Shown piece by piece: positions 26,950 to 39,671 of a DNA stretch of 64,000 nt. The position numbers and the translations under genes were made by a program. Origin of the DNA: Raillietiella orientalis (taxonomy: Eukaryota); the NCBI GenBank assembly GCA_036172245.1, contig JAYWIR010000031.1:930001-994000 (forward strand), read 5' to 3'. How positions within the stretch are numbered: position 1 is the stretch's first letter; each line of letters opens with the position of its first letter. The notes below the pieces were generated by a model, which saw only the letters and a list, made by a program, of their open reading frames with translations, did no database searches and had not been told where the DNA came from.

Positions 26950-27950
26950 CAAGTCCTACGGACGATGAGGGACGAGGACTGCTCTCGAAGAATGAGAGCC
27001 TCGTACCTAGGATGGGGGTTGCCGGAACTTTCCTGGAGTCTTTTCTGGACTCCTCAGGGGGTGAAGGGAAGCACCTCCCTTCCAGTCAATCGCTCCGCGC
27101 GGGAGGACGGTCCTTCCCTCTGTGGTTCCTCGCTCAAGGAGGTCGACCGGTACAACGCATGCCTTGAAGGGAAGGGTGCGTGGTCTCCAGATTTATCCGA
27201 CTCCTCTCTCGAGTGCACAAAGAGGTCGTCCGAGTGTCCTCACCGACTGCACTCTTCCATAGCGGGAGAGCGAGTGCGTCTGCACGCCACCGCGCCCCGT
27301 CCTCAGGTCGAGGCCCGAGAGCGTATGCAGGAGCTCCCCTCTTTTCTCCCGCTCCGGAAGGGCCCGATGCTCTGAATTATTGGGGTTCTCATGGGCCGCA
27401 TGAGGCTGTCGAGACTCCACGAGACGAGGGGAGCCCTGCAGGCCGCTGCGTCCGACCTCGATCGAGACCCCCGCTGGAGGGGCTCATTTCCGGCTGGCTG
27501 CTGAGGCTCACAGAGGGGCATCTTCGCTCTCTCCTGCTGAACCGGGGAGGAAAACTAGGGTCCAGAATGGAGTAGGAGTCGGTGGCATGGGGTCCCGTTG
27601 AGAGATAGGGACTTTCCCGCCCCAGACTGGACGGTCGCCGCAAGCTCGTCCCACGCTGACCAGGAGTCCTCCGGAACACGACGCAAGATGCTGCCACTGA
27701 ACCATTTGCGGTGCAGGCAGATCCCTTCCTGGAAAACACCTCGAGAAGGAGCCGGACTGCCGAACCACCCGGAAAGACGGTGGTTTGGAACCTTCTCTTT
27801 CTCCTCAAAGCGGGCGGCAGAGCGGCCCGGTCCGGACGTGACTCCCACAAACCAGCGTAAGGAATGTGTGAGATGCCTCCAGACAAGTGGGGCGAGCACG
27901 CAAAGAGCAGGCTGGAAGTCACTGCTTTCTCCAGTGGCAGCAAACACCAG
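26950..27950 (-). mobile_element. Possible decayed LINE ORF2 3' part
   Basis: Minus frames KAVTSSLLFAC..LWESRPDRAA and LSRYGRVQSVRTL..C resemble the post-RT region and a degenerate zf-RVT, in the expected order. Confidence 0.3.
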
Positions 27951-29628
27951 GATTCAGCGTGTTCATAGCTGAATCATCGTTCCAGGAGAAGAACTTCGGG
28001 AGGTTTCACTCGCTCAGAAAGAGGAAAGATGCTTTTTATTCCCCGATCGGAGATATGAGGCACCCGTCTCATGACGGTTGCGTAGCCACAAGGTGTTATC
28101 TGCTCTCCCAAGGAATCCGGCCAAGACCCACGTTTCCCTCTAATTGGTACTTGTGCGACGACCTACAGGATGAATTCTTTGATCCGTATTCATCTTAAGC
28201 TCTTCAGTTATGCGTTTACGGTGGGGAGGCTCTGGCTATCCGTATGTACCTTCCCACTTGTCAGGGAGCTGGACGTGCCGGTTCTCCATGAGCTTTCACG
28301 AAAACCAACGCCGTCCCGAGTTTAGAATTTGAAGCGATTGGAGCCTCGCAGGTCGGCCCTGTATTCCAGAGGTGGAACCGTTCTTAGGAAAGCTCGGATG
28401 AGCCTGCAGGAAATCGGGATTTCCTCTTTAGAAATGGATGCTCAAAAGGCATTCGGCACAGCTGGAGGGACACCAACCTGCGAGAGAACTCTGATCAACC
28501 TGAAAAGGGATACGTAATTGCTATACAACCCTCGGCAGTGCAATTCTTTAATCTCTTGACAGCAATTAAGATTTCTACTTGCAAACTACAGGGATAAAAT
28601 AATGTATAATAAAATACAGTTTGATGATTAGTGTCTCAGCAATGTGCAAAACAAGGTAGTTCTATGGGTTGATCTCCAGAGGACCAGCTGAATGTAGTCC
28701 CAAAATCCATTCGTTCTATTCCTTTTCTTAGAGAAATATTCACATCCGGAAATAACGAACTCTCACCACGAAGAATTGGATGTCTCTCTGAATTTTTTTA
28801 AAGGAAAAAAATTAGTTTATAGGTTTCTTTTTCATTCCAGAGATCTGTCCTGACCCAGGGAACCAGATTTCGACAGTACATCCAAGGATAGGGGATAAGA
28901 ATTCATTTCCCAGAGGTGAGGGAAATTGAATTAGCACCAAGGCTTGGAAGTTTAACAGAAAGTGGACAGTCTCAGTGACTTGAAGATGCAGGTAGGAAGC
29001 ATTCGCATCTTTCCTTGCTGATCTTTTTAATTGTTCTGAGGATACGAAATGCTTCTTAGTAGAAACGAAGAGATCAATTTAACCATCGAACAACGGAAAC
29101 ACCCCCAAAAACTGAAAGCAGAGAAGTCACCGAAACCTTTCAAGAAAAAAAAAGGAAAACTGAATATAATAATATGTTGTTCATGGTATTCAAACAGTCC
29201 ACTATTTCTGAAAGTAAAGACACATAGCCATGGATAGCAAGGAACAATTCCGGTCTAAGACAAAAAAATAAAAGACTTGAGGATGAGGATCATCTTTCTA
29301 TTTCTTACCGGAGAAACAAAACATCTGTACACTTTTTGCACACTGGATACCATCAATTTCTCACATTCTAAAGCCAAGTTAGCCTTTTTTTTTCGTAACA
29401 ACGCTACTACACGATACTTACTATAGCCAAGGCACCTATAATTTTGTTAAGCCTTTGCATCATCATCATAAATCATCCAGTTGTTTGTTCGTGAGCCTGA
29501 GGCCTTTTTCCTTTTTTTTCTGAGGTGAAAACATTGAAGATTTTAGCAAAAGATGACTAGTATCTAGTTTCTTGTCTTTTGGAAAACGGAAAGAGTAGTT
29601 GTGGGTTGAGTGATGGGATGAGTCCAAT

Positions 29629-29935
29629 GAGTTTAATTTGACTGGAGGGTTTGATAGCATTAGCATCCAGCTCGACCAGCACAAGCATCTCTTAACCTCG
29701 TATAGCCACGATATTGTTCTCAGCTCTTCATAGAACTTCACATAACGACTTACTTCCACTCGGGTCTTCATACAAGAGACATTTTCGCCATCCTTCCGGG
29801 GGGTTGAAAGTCCAGTGGATCTAAAATCGACCGACCTGCCCACTGTGTCCACGGACAGAGATATTCCTCTCTGAGATACTTGCGGTAGTCGACCTGGATG
29901 CTAATGCTATCAAACCCGCTAGTTAAACTGAGCTC
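29629..29935. mobile_element. MITE-like element, ~307 bp with ~63-bp imperfect terminal inverted repeats
   Basis: 29629-29691 is the reverse complement of 29873-29935, with an identical 24-bp core gggtttgatagcattagcatccag (29647-29670 / 29894-29917). No coding capacity; no TSD recognised. Confidence 0.7.
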
Positions 29936-32900
29936 TTTAAAGACGTAAGCGACAGCAAGACGTGCCGCAGATTTTTTTTTTTGGCAACAGATGAGTTGTT
30001 TTGGAGGGAAGATTTATTCAGTACACCAGGCAATTACTTTTGTTCCTACTGGATGCCCTAACAAACCGAGAAGTCCTAGAAAAATTCCAAGTGTCCCACA
30101 AGAGGATGGAAATTATCAACCAAATGAGACTCTAGATCGAAAGAGGTGATGGATTTACCATGGCGATGGTTCAGTAAGCTCTGTCCAGCTCTTGGAATAG
30201 TAAAACTGTGGTGAGGAATATTCTAAACGCATGGAGCAAAATTGCATTGTGCCTGCTGGATATAGACTAAGCAGACATTATTAATTTTAACTGAATGATT
30301 CTACATATGCACTGAAAGCTATAGCTGGAATTGTTCTCAACTTTTTCGATTAATTTTCGATAATTCTCACAAGGTGTTGCTAAAGCAACTCTTACTGCAT
30401 TATAGAATGTTATGCATTTGTAAAGCATTGGATACGTTTACTGCATCCTCAGAATGACGCAATCCTGTTGTGCATGACAAGGAAACGGGTTTCCAAGGAC
30501 CAGGTAATCAGTTCGTAAAGATGGCAACCAGCATGGTTGACATGCTGATTCTGGGATTGCTTTTTGTCTCTTCAGCTCTTCACACGGTGAGGTCGAGCTC
30601 GGTAATGGCGGAAGCAGTTGCAAAGAATTTTCGAAGCTGGCCGGGAGATAGCCGGAAAAGAATTGCAGAGTGCGTGTTGCCAGCAGCACCGCACTTAAGT
30701 GCGCCAGAAGGGAAAAGCCACCGCAGAATGAAAACTCACAAGGCGAAGAGAGGGATTAATGAGAGAGAAAATCAACGAAGAAAAGGTCCTCAACAGATCG
30801 ACATTTAGTAGTGACCTCAATAGATTGCCACCAGATGTCATTAGGTTGAATAAAAACTCCATGACTTTCTCCTGGGACTCGCTGTTGAAAAGGTTTCATT
30901 TGATTTGTGGTTTCGGTAACTTCTTTGAAAGAAGTGGGTTTACTCAGCACAAAAGATTATTTCAAATGTTAGTAAAATAATTCTTAAAAAATATAAATTA
31001 ATACGTTAAAAATATAAAATGACCGATAAATATGCAAATTTTTCAAGGAGCAGTTGTCAATCAAGAGGTAGAAACTGAAAATGGTGACGGCTTTGAAAGG
31101 TGGTTGGGATATAAAGCAGAACATTTTGGAAAGCACGAACTGGTTTTATAAGAGAAGTTCAGACATAGAATATTCGAGAAATCTTTCTCGAACTGACTGT
31201 CAATCATCAAACCAAGAGGTTTCACTCGCAACTCGGCATCACATGCTCATCTGATCGGTCACGTCGATTCGGCAGCAAAAGACAAAGCATAGGTCGGGAC
31301 TGTATAGTAAAGGCGTACATTCGGGAGTTTCGGAAACCAGTCAAATAAATCTATTTGATGAAACTTCGGTACATGGGCAGTCTCAAAGCATGATAACAGA
31401 CCTACAGAGGTGAGTGGTTCAAATGATGCCTACGGCTCGTTTGCTGTGTTCACGAGTCCTCCTCTCAGAGTGAATAAGAATTGAGGACATCACCTCAATA
31501 AGAAACAGACAAGATCATCCATCGAGTGGAATCTTGTAGCTCGTTCTCAGCGTTCTCCCGTCATTTTGGGAACAAGATTTTCCGATGCGATATATTCGTT
31601 CGAAAAATAATAAATCAGAAGTCGAAATCCTGCATTGCTTCTATATACTGAAGAGTCAGGATGTTCAAAAAAAAAAAACAAAAACGGCAGACCAAGTGCA
31701 TTTGTTTTAAACTAATAATTCCTGCAAGCTATTTAAAAAGGAGAGAAAAAGAGTACTTTCCAGACTACTGACGGTTATCGATTCTCTGTCGAACAGTTTT
31801 TTCAGAAAGACATCTGTCTCACATTCAAATCCCAATGATGAGGAAGTCATGCTGAAGAGCTAGTGGTCCAACAGTTTTTTTGAATCTTCTTGCGCTTTAT
31901 CAGGTATCCTACTGCGAAAATCGCAGGAAGCAGAACGGACTCCAAGCAAGTCTTCTTTCTGTATTTGAAAAAAAAAAAAAATATAGAGGAATCGATGTGG
32001 TTACGCTGCTTTTCCATCGAGACGGACGAGTCTTATCGAATCTTCTTTAACTCCCTCAATCACTGAGTGATTCTCTGCGCATTAGACATTGGGCCTGAGC
32101 CATATCATCAGCATCCCAAAGTGTTCAGTGCTTCAGTTTTTTAACAGCTACATTTCATTTTCTTCTGCGTCCTGATGCAATCACGAAAATATAAGAAATA
32201 GCGCTTCTTCTGTGGCAATGGTACAAATGAAGTGCACCACGGCTTCAGATATACTTCATGTAACATTTTCTTTATGAAATTTAGCGTACATTTACGGCAA
32301 TTCTCTTTGGAAAAAGTCGATTAAAGACTCTGAAGATCTTTGCTTGAACTTCTTACCAATGAACTGAAATCTTTCTTTCTGAGTAACTTTTTTTCAACAG
32401 CTTCTGTCTTTCCTGCGTTTAGGGTGCGACTGCTTCCCATTACTCCATTTTTCTTGGAAGAACACTTGATTTCTTCATTTGAATTTTTTTAGATGTTCGG
32501 AGATCGTCTCAGACACTCTGAAAATCTGTAATTTCGAACTAAAATAAAAGTAAATAAGCCTGAATTAATCGCATGTGCCGTCTTTCATTCAGGACTTTTC
32601 GGTCCTCGCACTTTTCCTGGGATCACTCGTTGATTAGTAACTCTTTTCTGATGCTTGAAAAGTGTTCAGAACTGTCCAAAAAATCACACATTTACTTCAC
32701 CACTTGTGACTGAAGGCCTTCTAGAGTTTTCTTGCGAGAAGTCTCGATCTTTGGAATGACACCCAGGCAAAGAGATTTGAGTGATGGTGCACAATTTCCT
32801 ATCTTAATCCACATCACACTTTTATCATTTTGACTGATCGCCGCTTTGCATCTTCACCCTACAACGTTTGTCGCATGGCGCAAGGCTCAAGGCTGCCTTT

Positions 32901-32959
32901 GAATCCTCCATTTTTTTTTTTTCATTGAGTTCAAATTTCATGTCTTGGTGGCTATGAGA

Positions 32960-33770
32960 CTACCGGACTGCTCGTTCCGTTTCGATCCTGTCGGAGACTG
33001 GAATTTCACCTATGGAGAAGATGTAACATCGGTGGCTGCTGGATGTTCCGGTGGAACACCTGAAGTGGCCCCCGGTGCTCATGGACACGCGCAATGTCGC
33101 CATGAAGTGGCAGCAGTCGGCACTTTTGGCGCTGCATTGGGATCTTCCATGCAAAGCCCTCCGTCACCAGTGGACGCGGGGTTGTGTCGTCCCCAATTGT
33201 GTTAGGTGCGGGGAGAGGGAATCCTTCCTCCACCTGTTAGTGGATTAGGCTGCCGTCCGGCCCCTGTGGGAACGCTTTGCCGCGGCCCTGGGAACCCCCG
33301 GAGGCAGCCCCGGAGACGCTGTAAAACCTCTCTTCGTTCGAGACGCTCTGCCGCCAGCGGCCTCGTTAGCACCCCTGTGCTGCCTACGCCGGATCGTCGC
33401 TGCATAAGGCAACGTGATGGGAGGACCCAGCGACAGGGATGTCAGCGAATACGATGTCTGCTTCCTGAGGATGGCAACGCGATGGCCCCATCTGGAATCC
33501 AGTATCCAGCAACAGCTTGCCGGCATCCTCCAGAGGATGTGACGGACCCTCCCAGCAGACTGCGATCCCTTCCCGCTCTTTCCCCAGTTTTGTTTATTTT
33601 TTTCCTTTCTTTTTGCTCTTTGCCCCCTCCCCACTGCTGCCGAGGTGGATCGCACCGGTCTGTGCACTGGAGACCCTGCAGGCTTCCAACATCTAGTGCG
33701 TGGCTGGACCATGGGTCCAGCCACAAATCTTTTAAAAGTTTGTTCGAGAAAATAAACGCCCTGGCACACC
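32960..33770 (+). mobile_element. 5'-truncated Tx1/L1-like LINE: zf-RVT plus 3' UTR
   Basis: KWQQSALLALHWDLPCKALRHQWTRGCVVPNCVRCGERESFLHLLVD*AAVRPLWERFA is a CxxC..ES..HL..(C)...LW zinc finger with a stop at the last Cys. A pyrimidine-rich UTR follows, then aataaacgccctggc at 33751, which matches the end of the copy at ~46430(-). Confidence 0.8.
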
Positions 33771-34786
33771 CGGGTGACAAAAGACTGGAATTTCGTACCA
33801 AGCAAAACTGGATCGTTGTAAACACTTCTACATCCCTTCTGCAGAAATTATTAGTGGGGGATGGGCACTGCTTGGTTCACATGTGGCACTTGCTGCACTT
33901 CTGCTCAAAGAGCTGATTTTCAGCACTCAGTCCCTTAGAATTTTGGCTTTTCCTCTGCAATCTTTGAGCAGAAGCTCCTCCATGTAAGACTCCAGTTTAC
34001 CCTTGCGTATCAAGGGACGAGATTTTATGAGAACAACGTACACACTCATGCGGTTGTATTACTTTTCTGGAGCATTTAATGAGACGATCACTTATTCCCA
34101 TTGCTCTCCGCTTTGGAAAACAGAGATCACGTATCCTTCGAAATTTTGTTACTTGTCACCGTTTCCATGATAACTGAGACATCTTTCCTCTTTAGCTAGG
34201 AAAGCGTACCAAACCAGGTGTGTTTTTTGGCTTGGACTTTTCTTGAAGTTTGGATTTTCATTAGGTGGCAAGAGATGATTGAGTCGGCTTTGATGTCGAT
34301 CAAGTTGGTTAGTAGAAGCATCTACGCGTCAATAAAATGATGTCCCAAACAGTAACGAACTGGGGAGTGGAACCTATTTCTCAGTCTGATGCCTGTCGCT
34401 TCTTTTGCTTCACTTTCTAAAAAAAGCCATCTGCTGTTTTCCATCCAGATATTTGCAACATTTTGCAAACCCTTTTGGCTTGAAGTCAACGCTTTAATCC
34501 TACTTTATCGATGAGATAAAATTCATTATAAGATTGGCGCAGACCCTTTGCCTGTGTGCCCACCATACCGGTCTTGGGAATCCATCTTTCGCAGCATTTT
34601 CTAAGAGAAAATTGTTTATCAACTGCCTGACCATCAGCGCTTTGAAAATGCTAAAAGTGAAACTACGATATTCTTAGAATAAGACCTTGTTGAATATTGT
34701 AATACATTAGACTTGAGAGTCATTAGGCATCGATATTTGAAAAGAGAAGGTACACAGCTGCGTTCTTACAAATCTTCCCGAGCTCT

Positions 34787-34823
34787 CCTCTAAGCCAGTG
34801 CTTTGATAGCACTGGCTTAGAGG
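34787..34823. repeat. Perfect 16-bp inverted repeat (hairpin, 5-nt loop)
   Basis: cctctaagccagtgct-ttgat-agcactggcttagagg. Confidence 0.9.
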
Positions 34824-35599
34824 TCATCCCGAGGACTAAAAGGATTCTCTTTATAGTCCGGTGCACATTTTTGATTAGTTTCTCAGTGTAAACTCTTTAA
34901 TTGCACACTTAATTGAAAATCCCAAAACGAAAGACTTCCACTTTAAGTTTCCATGCCACAATGAGTTCCCAAGAATTTTCTATGAATTCGCTTTCTGTGC
35001 GTTTCCTTCATTTTTCGAGCGCTACTCCTTTTGTTTTGTACGAATGATGGCCACAGAGCTGATCTTTGCTGTGTATAGATGTCATATGAAATCTAAGAGA
35101 TTTAGAATTTCGAGTATTACTGACATCGGATAACATTTTCGAAAGACTGGAATGATCAGTAGAGCGGATAATCCCGGAAAACCAAGAAGAGTGCCTTATC
35201 ACAGGACAGTGGATGAGGGCACAAAGAGAAGAACTGGTCCATTTACAAACTTCATTTCGGACAGGCGCTAGATGCATTGAATAGAAAATATACAGATTGA
35301 AGAACAGAAAGAATTCTTCTGAAAATTTGGCAAAGTAATCTGCATTTTTGATAGAAAATTCTGAATAGCATACTGCTCACAGACACGTTAGCAATGCGGA
35401 GTATTGAATTTGCTTGTCTCTCAATGACGTCATGAGAAATGATGCAATGAAGAACGCAGCGTTTGTGTTGCTATAGTTAATAATTAAAGTGTTGGTACTT
35501 GACGATACCGCGTGCACTTCTTACAAGCTGCTGGTGTTTGCTTGGAACAAAACAGCAAAAATCCGATGCTCCGTTGCAGCATCTTGCAATTCTATCTTA

Positions 35600-35990
35600 G
35601 GCATGCAAGATCCTCTCCACCTTTGGAACGGATCCGCGTGCTTGCCTGATAACGAAACGCAAGTTATGAACAGAAAATGTCAAATTTTCTCCCTGCGTTA
35701 CTATCCATGCCATGAAGCAATGGTGGAGTGGTATTCGTCGTTTGCAATCCCCAATCACATTCTGCACGAACACTGTGACGTGATTTCCGTAAAACTGGTC
35801 CTGCACGCTCTGGATTGCCCTTATTTCTGTAGCCGAGTGACGTTACCATTTAAAGGACATCAGTTTGCCTTCTCGCGTTCTTTGGAATGCTCTCCACGTT
35901 CCAAACACCAAAGCACTCAGTTCCCCCATCAGCAACAAGGAATGTTTCAAAATGTTTAGCCATCTTCCCATTCCCATCCACCTGCTGCTG
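35600..35990 (-). mobile_element. Possible decayed MULE transposase core fragment
   Basis: Minus frames ETFLVADGGTECFGVW.. and QFYGNHV..IPLHHCF resemble FLLxDSG..IF and QLYTIH..PLVY; multiple frameshifts. Confidence 0.3.
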
Positions 35991-38503
35991 TACCGTTACG
36001 CAGCCACGCAGGGTATAATCGCGTGCGGATCTCTCACGCAAGGAGCGACTTGGGACACCGCCAAAGCAGCGTGCGTGTGTGCAATCGTGGGTGAGCGAGT
36101 TTGTGCAAACTTTCTAATTCGAATCCACTTTGTTTGCCTCTGTTGTTTGTCACAGATATTTTGTGATATTGGGCCAGATCACATGCATTACTAGCACACG
36201 ATTCACACTCTTAATGCTATCACATCCTTACGTCCTGTGAAGATCAGGGTGCACTCGATTCTTTCGACATGACCCTGCTACTGCCAAGATGAGAACAGAA
36301 GGAGAAAATGCCTTTTTTTCCCTAAATGCATGCTGAAATCTACGATATGAAAAATATCCAAGCATCAGGCTTCAAAGTTTTCAAGTGTAAGAGGAGGTAA
36401 CATGAAATTTCTCCCTGACTCTGATTTACTGGAGGAGATATGCACACGCAAGATCCAGCATCTTTGCAGCAGTTGCAGAGTTTCGGTGGAAGTTACCGAA
36501 TGACAGATCTCTCATAAAGCAAGCGTGTGCCCTGGTGCACAAAGCGTTCACTAGCCAAATCTTTTCAAATTTTCTGTGATCCAGCTTAATTTCCATAGCA
36601 GCGAAGACGGTTCCCTACTGAATATTTGGATGACAGGAAGGAAGTAATTCCTGAATTTGCAAGAGAGGAAATTTACTCGTAAAACATCATCAGCGTTCAA
36701 GCTGAATCATTCATCCGTTCGAGCCGAAGAAAGTGATGAATATCTGAATGCAACAATATCTAATGTACTCTGAAAATGCCAGGAGTCCAAGAGGTGACAC
36801 GTACAGATCAGCAACCACCCTCCCTCTTACGAGTATCCTTATTTCTGTCCCTTCATTATTCTCCGATAAACATTCGGTGAATTTGCTTACTGGTTCTGCA
36901 ACACAGCGATGCAGCCAACAGCATGGCTGGAGTGCACGCTGTGAATGAAAACGGGATGAAACTGGACCGAGCCGAAGTCTCCAATCAGCGATGCTGCTCA
37001 AACATCAGTGTCCTCCAGCGTGCCCGTTAAACTGTGCGCTCACAGCGGGAGTGCTGGCGGTCCGAACTCAGCAGACCGCATTGCTTTCGGTTCTGTTCCG
37101 AAACTCGGAAATTCCGTTCCTACTGCCGCTCCACAGGTGCGACCGCCATTCATCAGCTGCTCGAGCTGTCCACTCCGGCTCTCGTTTCCAGACCAAGGGG
37201 ACTGCTTGGGCTGGACTGCTCTCCCGTGACCAACAGGCTCATACTTACAGCGTGCTCGCCTCCCTTTTGCCTGTCCGTCGAGGCGTGATTCTGGGGTCGC
37301 TCACTGAACCGCTCACGAATCTTACTGAGATTCTCACTGGAAGCTCACCAGGCATTTCTAATGATTTGGGATCATGATTTTCCGAAACGGAAGCAGGCTG
37401 AACGTGAAAGTGGAAAGATAAAGAATTAAAATCTGGAAAATGACCTTGTTGCATTTGGAAACCTGGAGCGGCATTTCACTTGGACATTGGCATTTCGCTC
37501 ATCACCCGCAGCGCGAAGGTTTGTCGGGAGCCAAAGCTCGAGGAGAATGAAAGGGAAACCAGGAACATGAGCTTATGCAGAAGAAGAAAGAAAAAAAAAT
37601 TCCCATTTGCAAGAAGATTCCCTCTTCCCGGCAACCGGATGAGAACTCTGGACACTCCATGCGAAAATTCCCCAAAATGGATGTAGCGAGATGAGATGAA
37701 TCCTTCGGCACCCCTACAAGCCGTTTCCACTCTAGAGCATTTTCGCTATTGACAGATGTAGGTGTGGTGGCATCCGGGAAACCGGGATGAATGCCTTTCT
37801 TCAGTGAGGCTACCGGAAAGGAAGGGTTTTCGGGTCAACTCCGCTCCTTGGCTTTGCGGATCAGAAGCCCACCCTTAAAGCTCCTGGAACGGTAGCAAGG
37901 TGTGGATAAAAGTGTGGCTCTTTCCCTCCTCTTTACACCGAAAGAGGAAACCGTGAATGTTTGGGAACGCAGGCTTCCCCGCTTCGCTATCGCCAACACC
38001 GTTCTACACCGGGTCCTTAGAGGTCCCACAGAAGCTCGTCTAGAAGGATCTCACCTAGAAAACTTGCCGTTCCAGAATTTTCAGGTGCGGGGAATCTGGA
38101 GCTCCAAAGAGATAACTTTCTAGACTTCGATGACGGAATCTCTTCAAGTTGTGGCTCCTAAAGTCTTGTGAGATCTCAAGGCACAGAACCTTCAAAAAAT
38201 TACTTTCGGCAATCAACAAATAACGACGTATATGGAGAGTGACTGGTCAGCTAAGGCTTCTGCTGAGTGCACCATGTTCAGGTCAGCCTCCCAGATCAAA
38301 AGGATTTTCTCGTGCTTTCTGACAGACAGGAGCCCCTGGAAGAGCTCTCTTTCCTTTTTGCACCTTAAGACTGCCAGCCAACCCTTCTCTCTGCTCGCAA
38401 ATTTGAAATTCCTCAAAGGAACAATTTAGGGACAATTTTTTTGTCCAGCGCCTGACTGATTATGAATTGAAGATAAACAGAAAAGAGGAAGATCGATGGA
38501 TCT

Positions 38504-38566
38504 GATAGAAAGGAACTGGCCGATAGAAAGGAACTGACCGGTAGAAAGGAACTGACCGGTAGAAAG
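38504..38566. repeat. 18-bp minisatellite, ~3.5 copies (gRtagaaaggaactgRcc)
   Basis: Directly visible tandem units. Confidence 0.9.
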
Positions 38567-39596
38567 AAAGAGCTCACCATTCTTTGTTTCCAAGGGGCTG
38601 GCCTTCGAGATTGTCTTTGCTGGTTTTACGACATTGAAGCAGGTCCTCACGACTTCATCCGGCAGATAATTTCCCTATCGTTCTGCTTGCCTGATTCTGG
38701 GGCTGGTGAATTTGAGCTTCTTAGGCACGCTGTAGACCTCAGTGATCTCAAACCAACAGGAGCATCTCAACAGCAACCAGGAGCGACAACCTCTAAAAGT
38801 TTCCCCCATCTGATATGGTCTGCCCACGTGAATCTCGGTCTTTGTGGGAAACCGTGTTCGGGTTCATGGATGCGGGCGCTGGGTTTTCTTCCAGCAGTAG
38901 CATTGCATAAGCAGGGAAAGTTGAAAACGGAAGGGTTCTTGCGTGAGGACTCTGGATGCGTTTGGGAGAATCACCCGTGCGGAATACCGTCGCCTCCAGG
39001 GAAACGAATTGCTCTTTGATGACCAGACTTCCCCTCTGTCTGCTTCTCCCGTTCGCCTGGGTCAGCATGGAGGCGCCCGGACGGTTGCAGAGTCACGGGG
39101 GACGTCGGCAGGGCACCTCCCCTGTGCACGAGTATCTCCAAGACGCTGTTAGAGAGGGTGCGGGAGGCACCATCGCTGGAGACCGCTGGAGATCCGCTCT
39201 CCCAGCTCTGAGACGGGTCGGCCCCCTCCCAAAGTCACGTAGCGCTGCGAAGGGATCGGATGGCTTGCATCCCGCCCTGGGGACCACCCCGCCTCTCGCC
39301 ACTCCTCGACGGTGAGAGTGATTTCGGTCCCGAGATATCCGCGCGAACCCAGGATGTAAATTTGCTCCTGCCACAGGATACGCAGATGATTAGGCTAATG
39401 GCTATCGAGGGAAAGATCTGGAAATCTCATTAAGGTCGATGTCTTTTCTATTTCAAAAGAGAGGCTGGTGACAGGAACAGATCACAAAAGAGAGGAAAGC
39501 CTTCTGTCCTTGGAAAAGTTTGTTGCTTGCGATGTTATCGTCGGCCGCTTGCACGGTTTTCTCTGTCCTGGACCGCTTTCTGGCGACTAGTACCGG

Positions 39597-39604
39597 TATA
39601 TAAG
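39597..39604 (+). promoter_or_regulatory. TATA box of gene C
   Basis: TATATAAG in GC-rich context, 75 nt upstream of ATG 39672. Confidence 0.75.
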
Positions 39605-39671
39605 CCCGCGCCGGAGGTCCACACTCCCAGCAGTGCACGGATCGAGTCCTGCAGCGACCTTTCCCGGTGAC

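Noticed and set aside
36850..37400. Possible minus-strand small exons (GTAAGT donor near 37250)
   Set aside because: No coherent or recognisable protein could be assembled.
38504..38566. Short repeats considered as a CRISPR-like array
   Set aside because: The units are contiguous with no spacers, the context is eukaryotic, and no cas genes are present.
38956..39315. ORF with hydrophobic start MTRLPLCLLLPFAWVS
   Set aside because: No supporting gene signals; the opposite strand shows LVHRGGALPT, suggestive of another LINE remnant.
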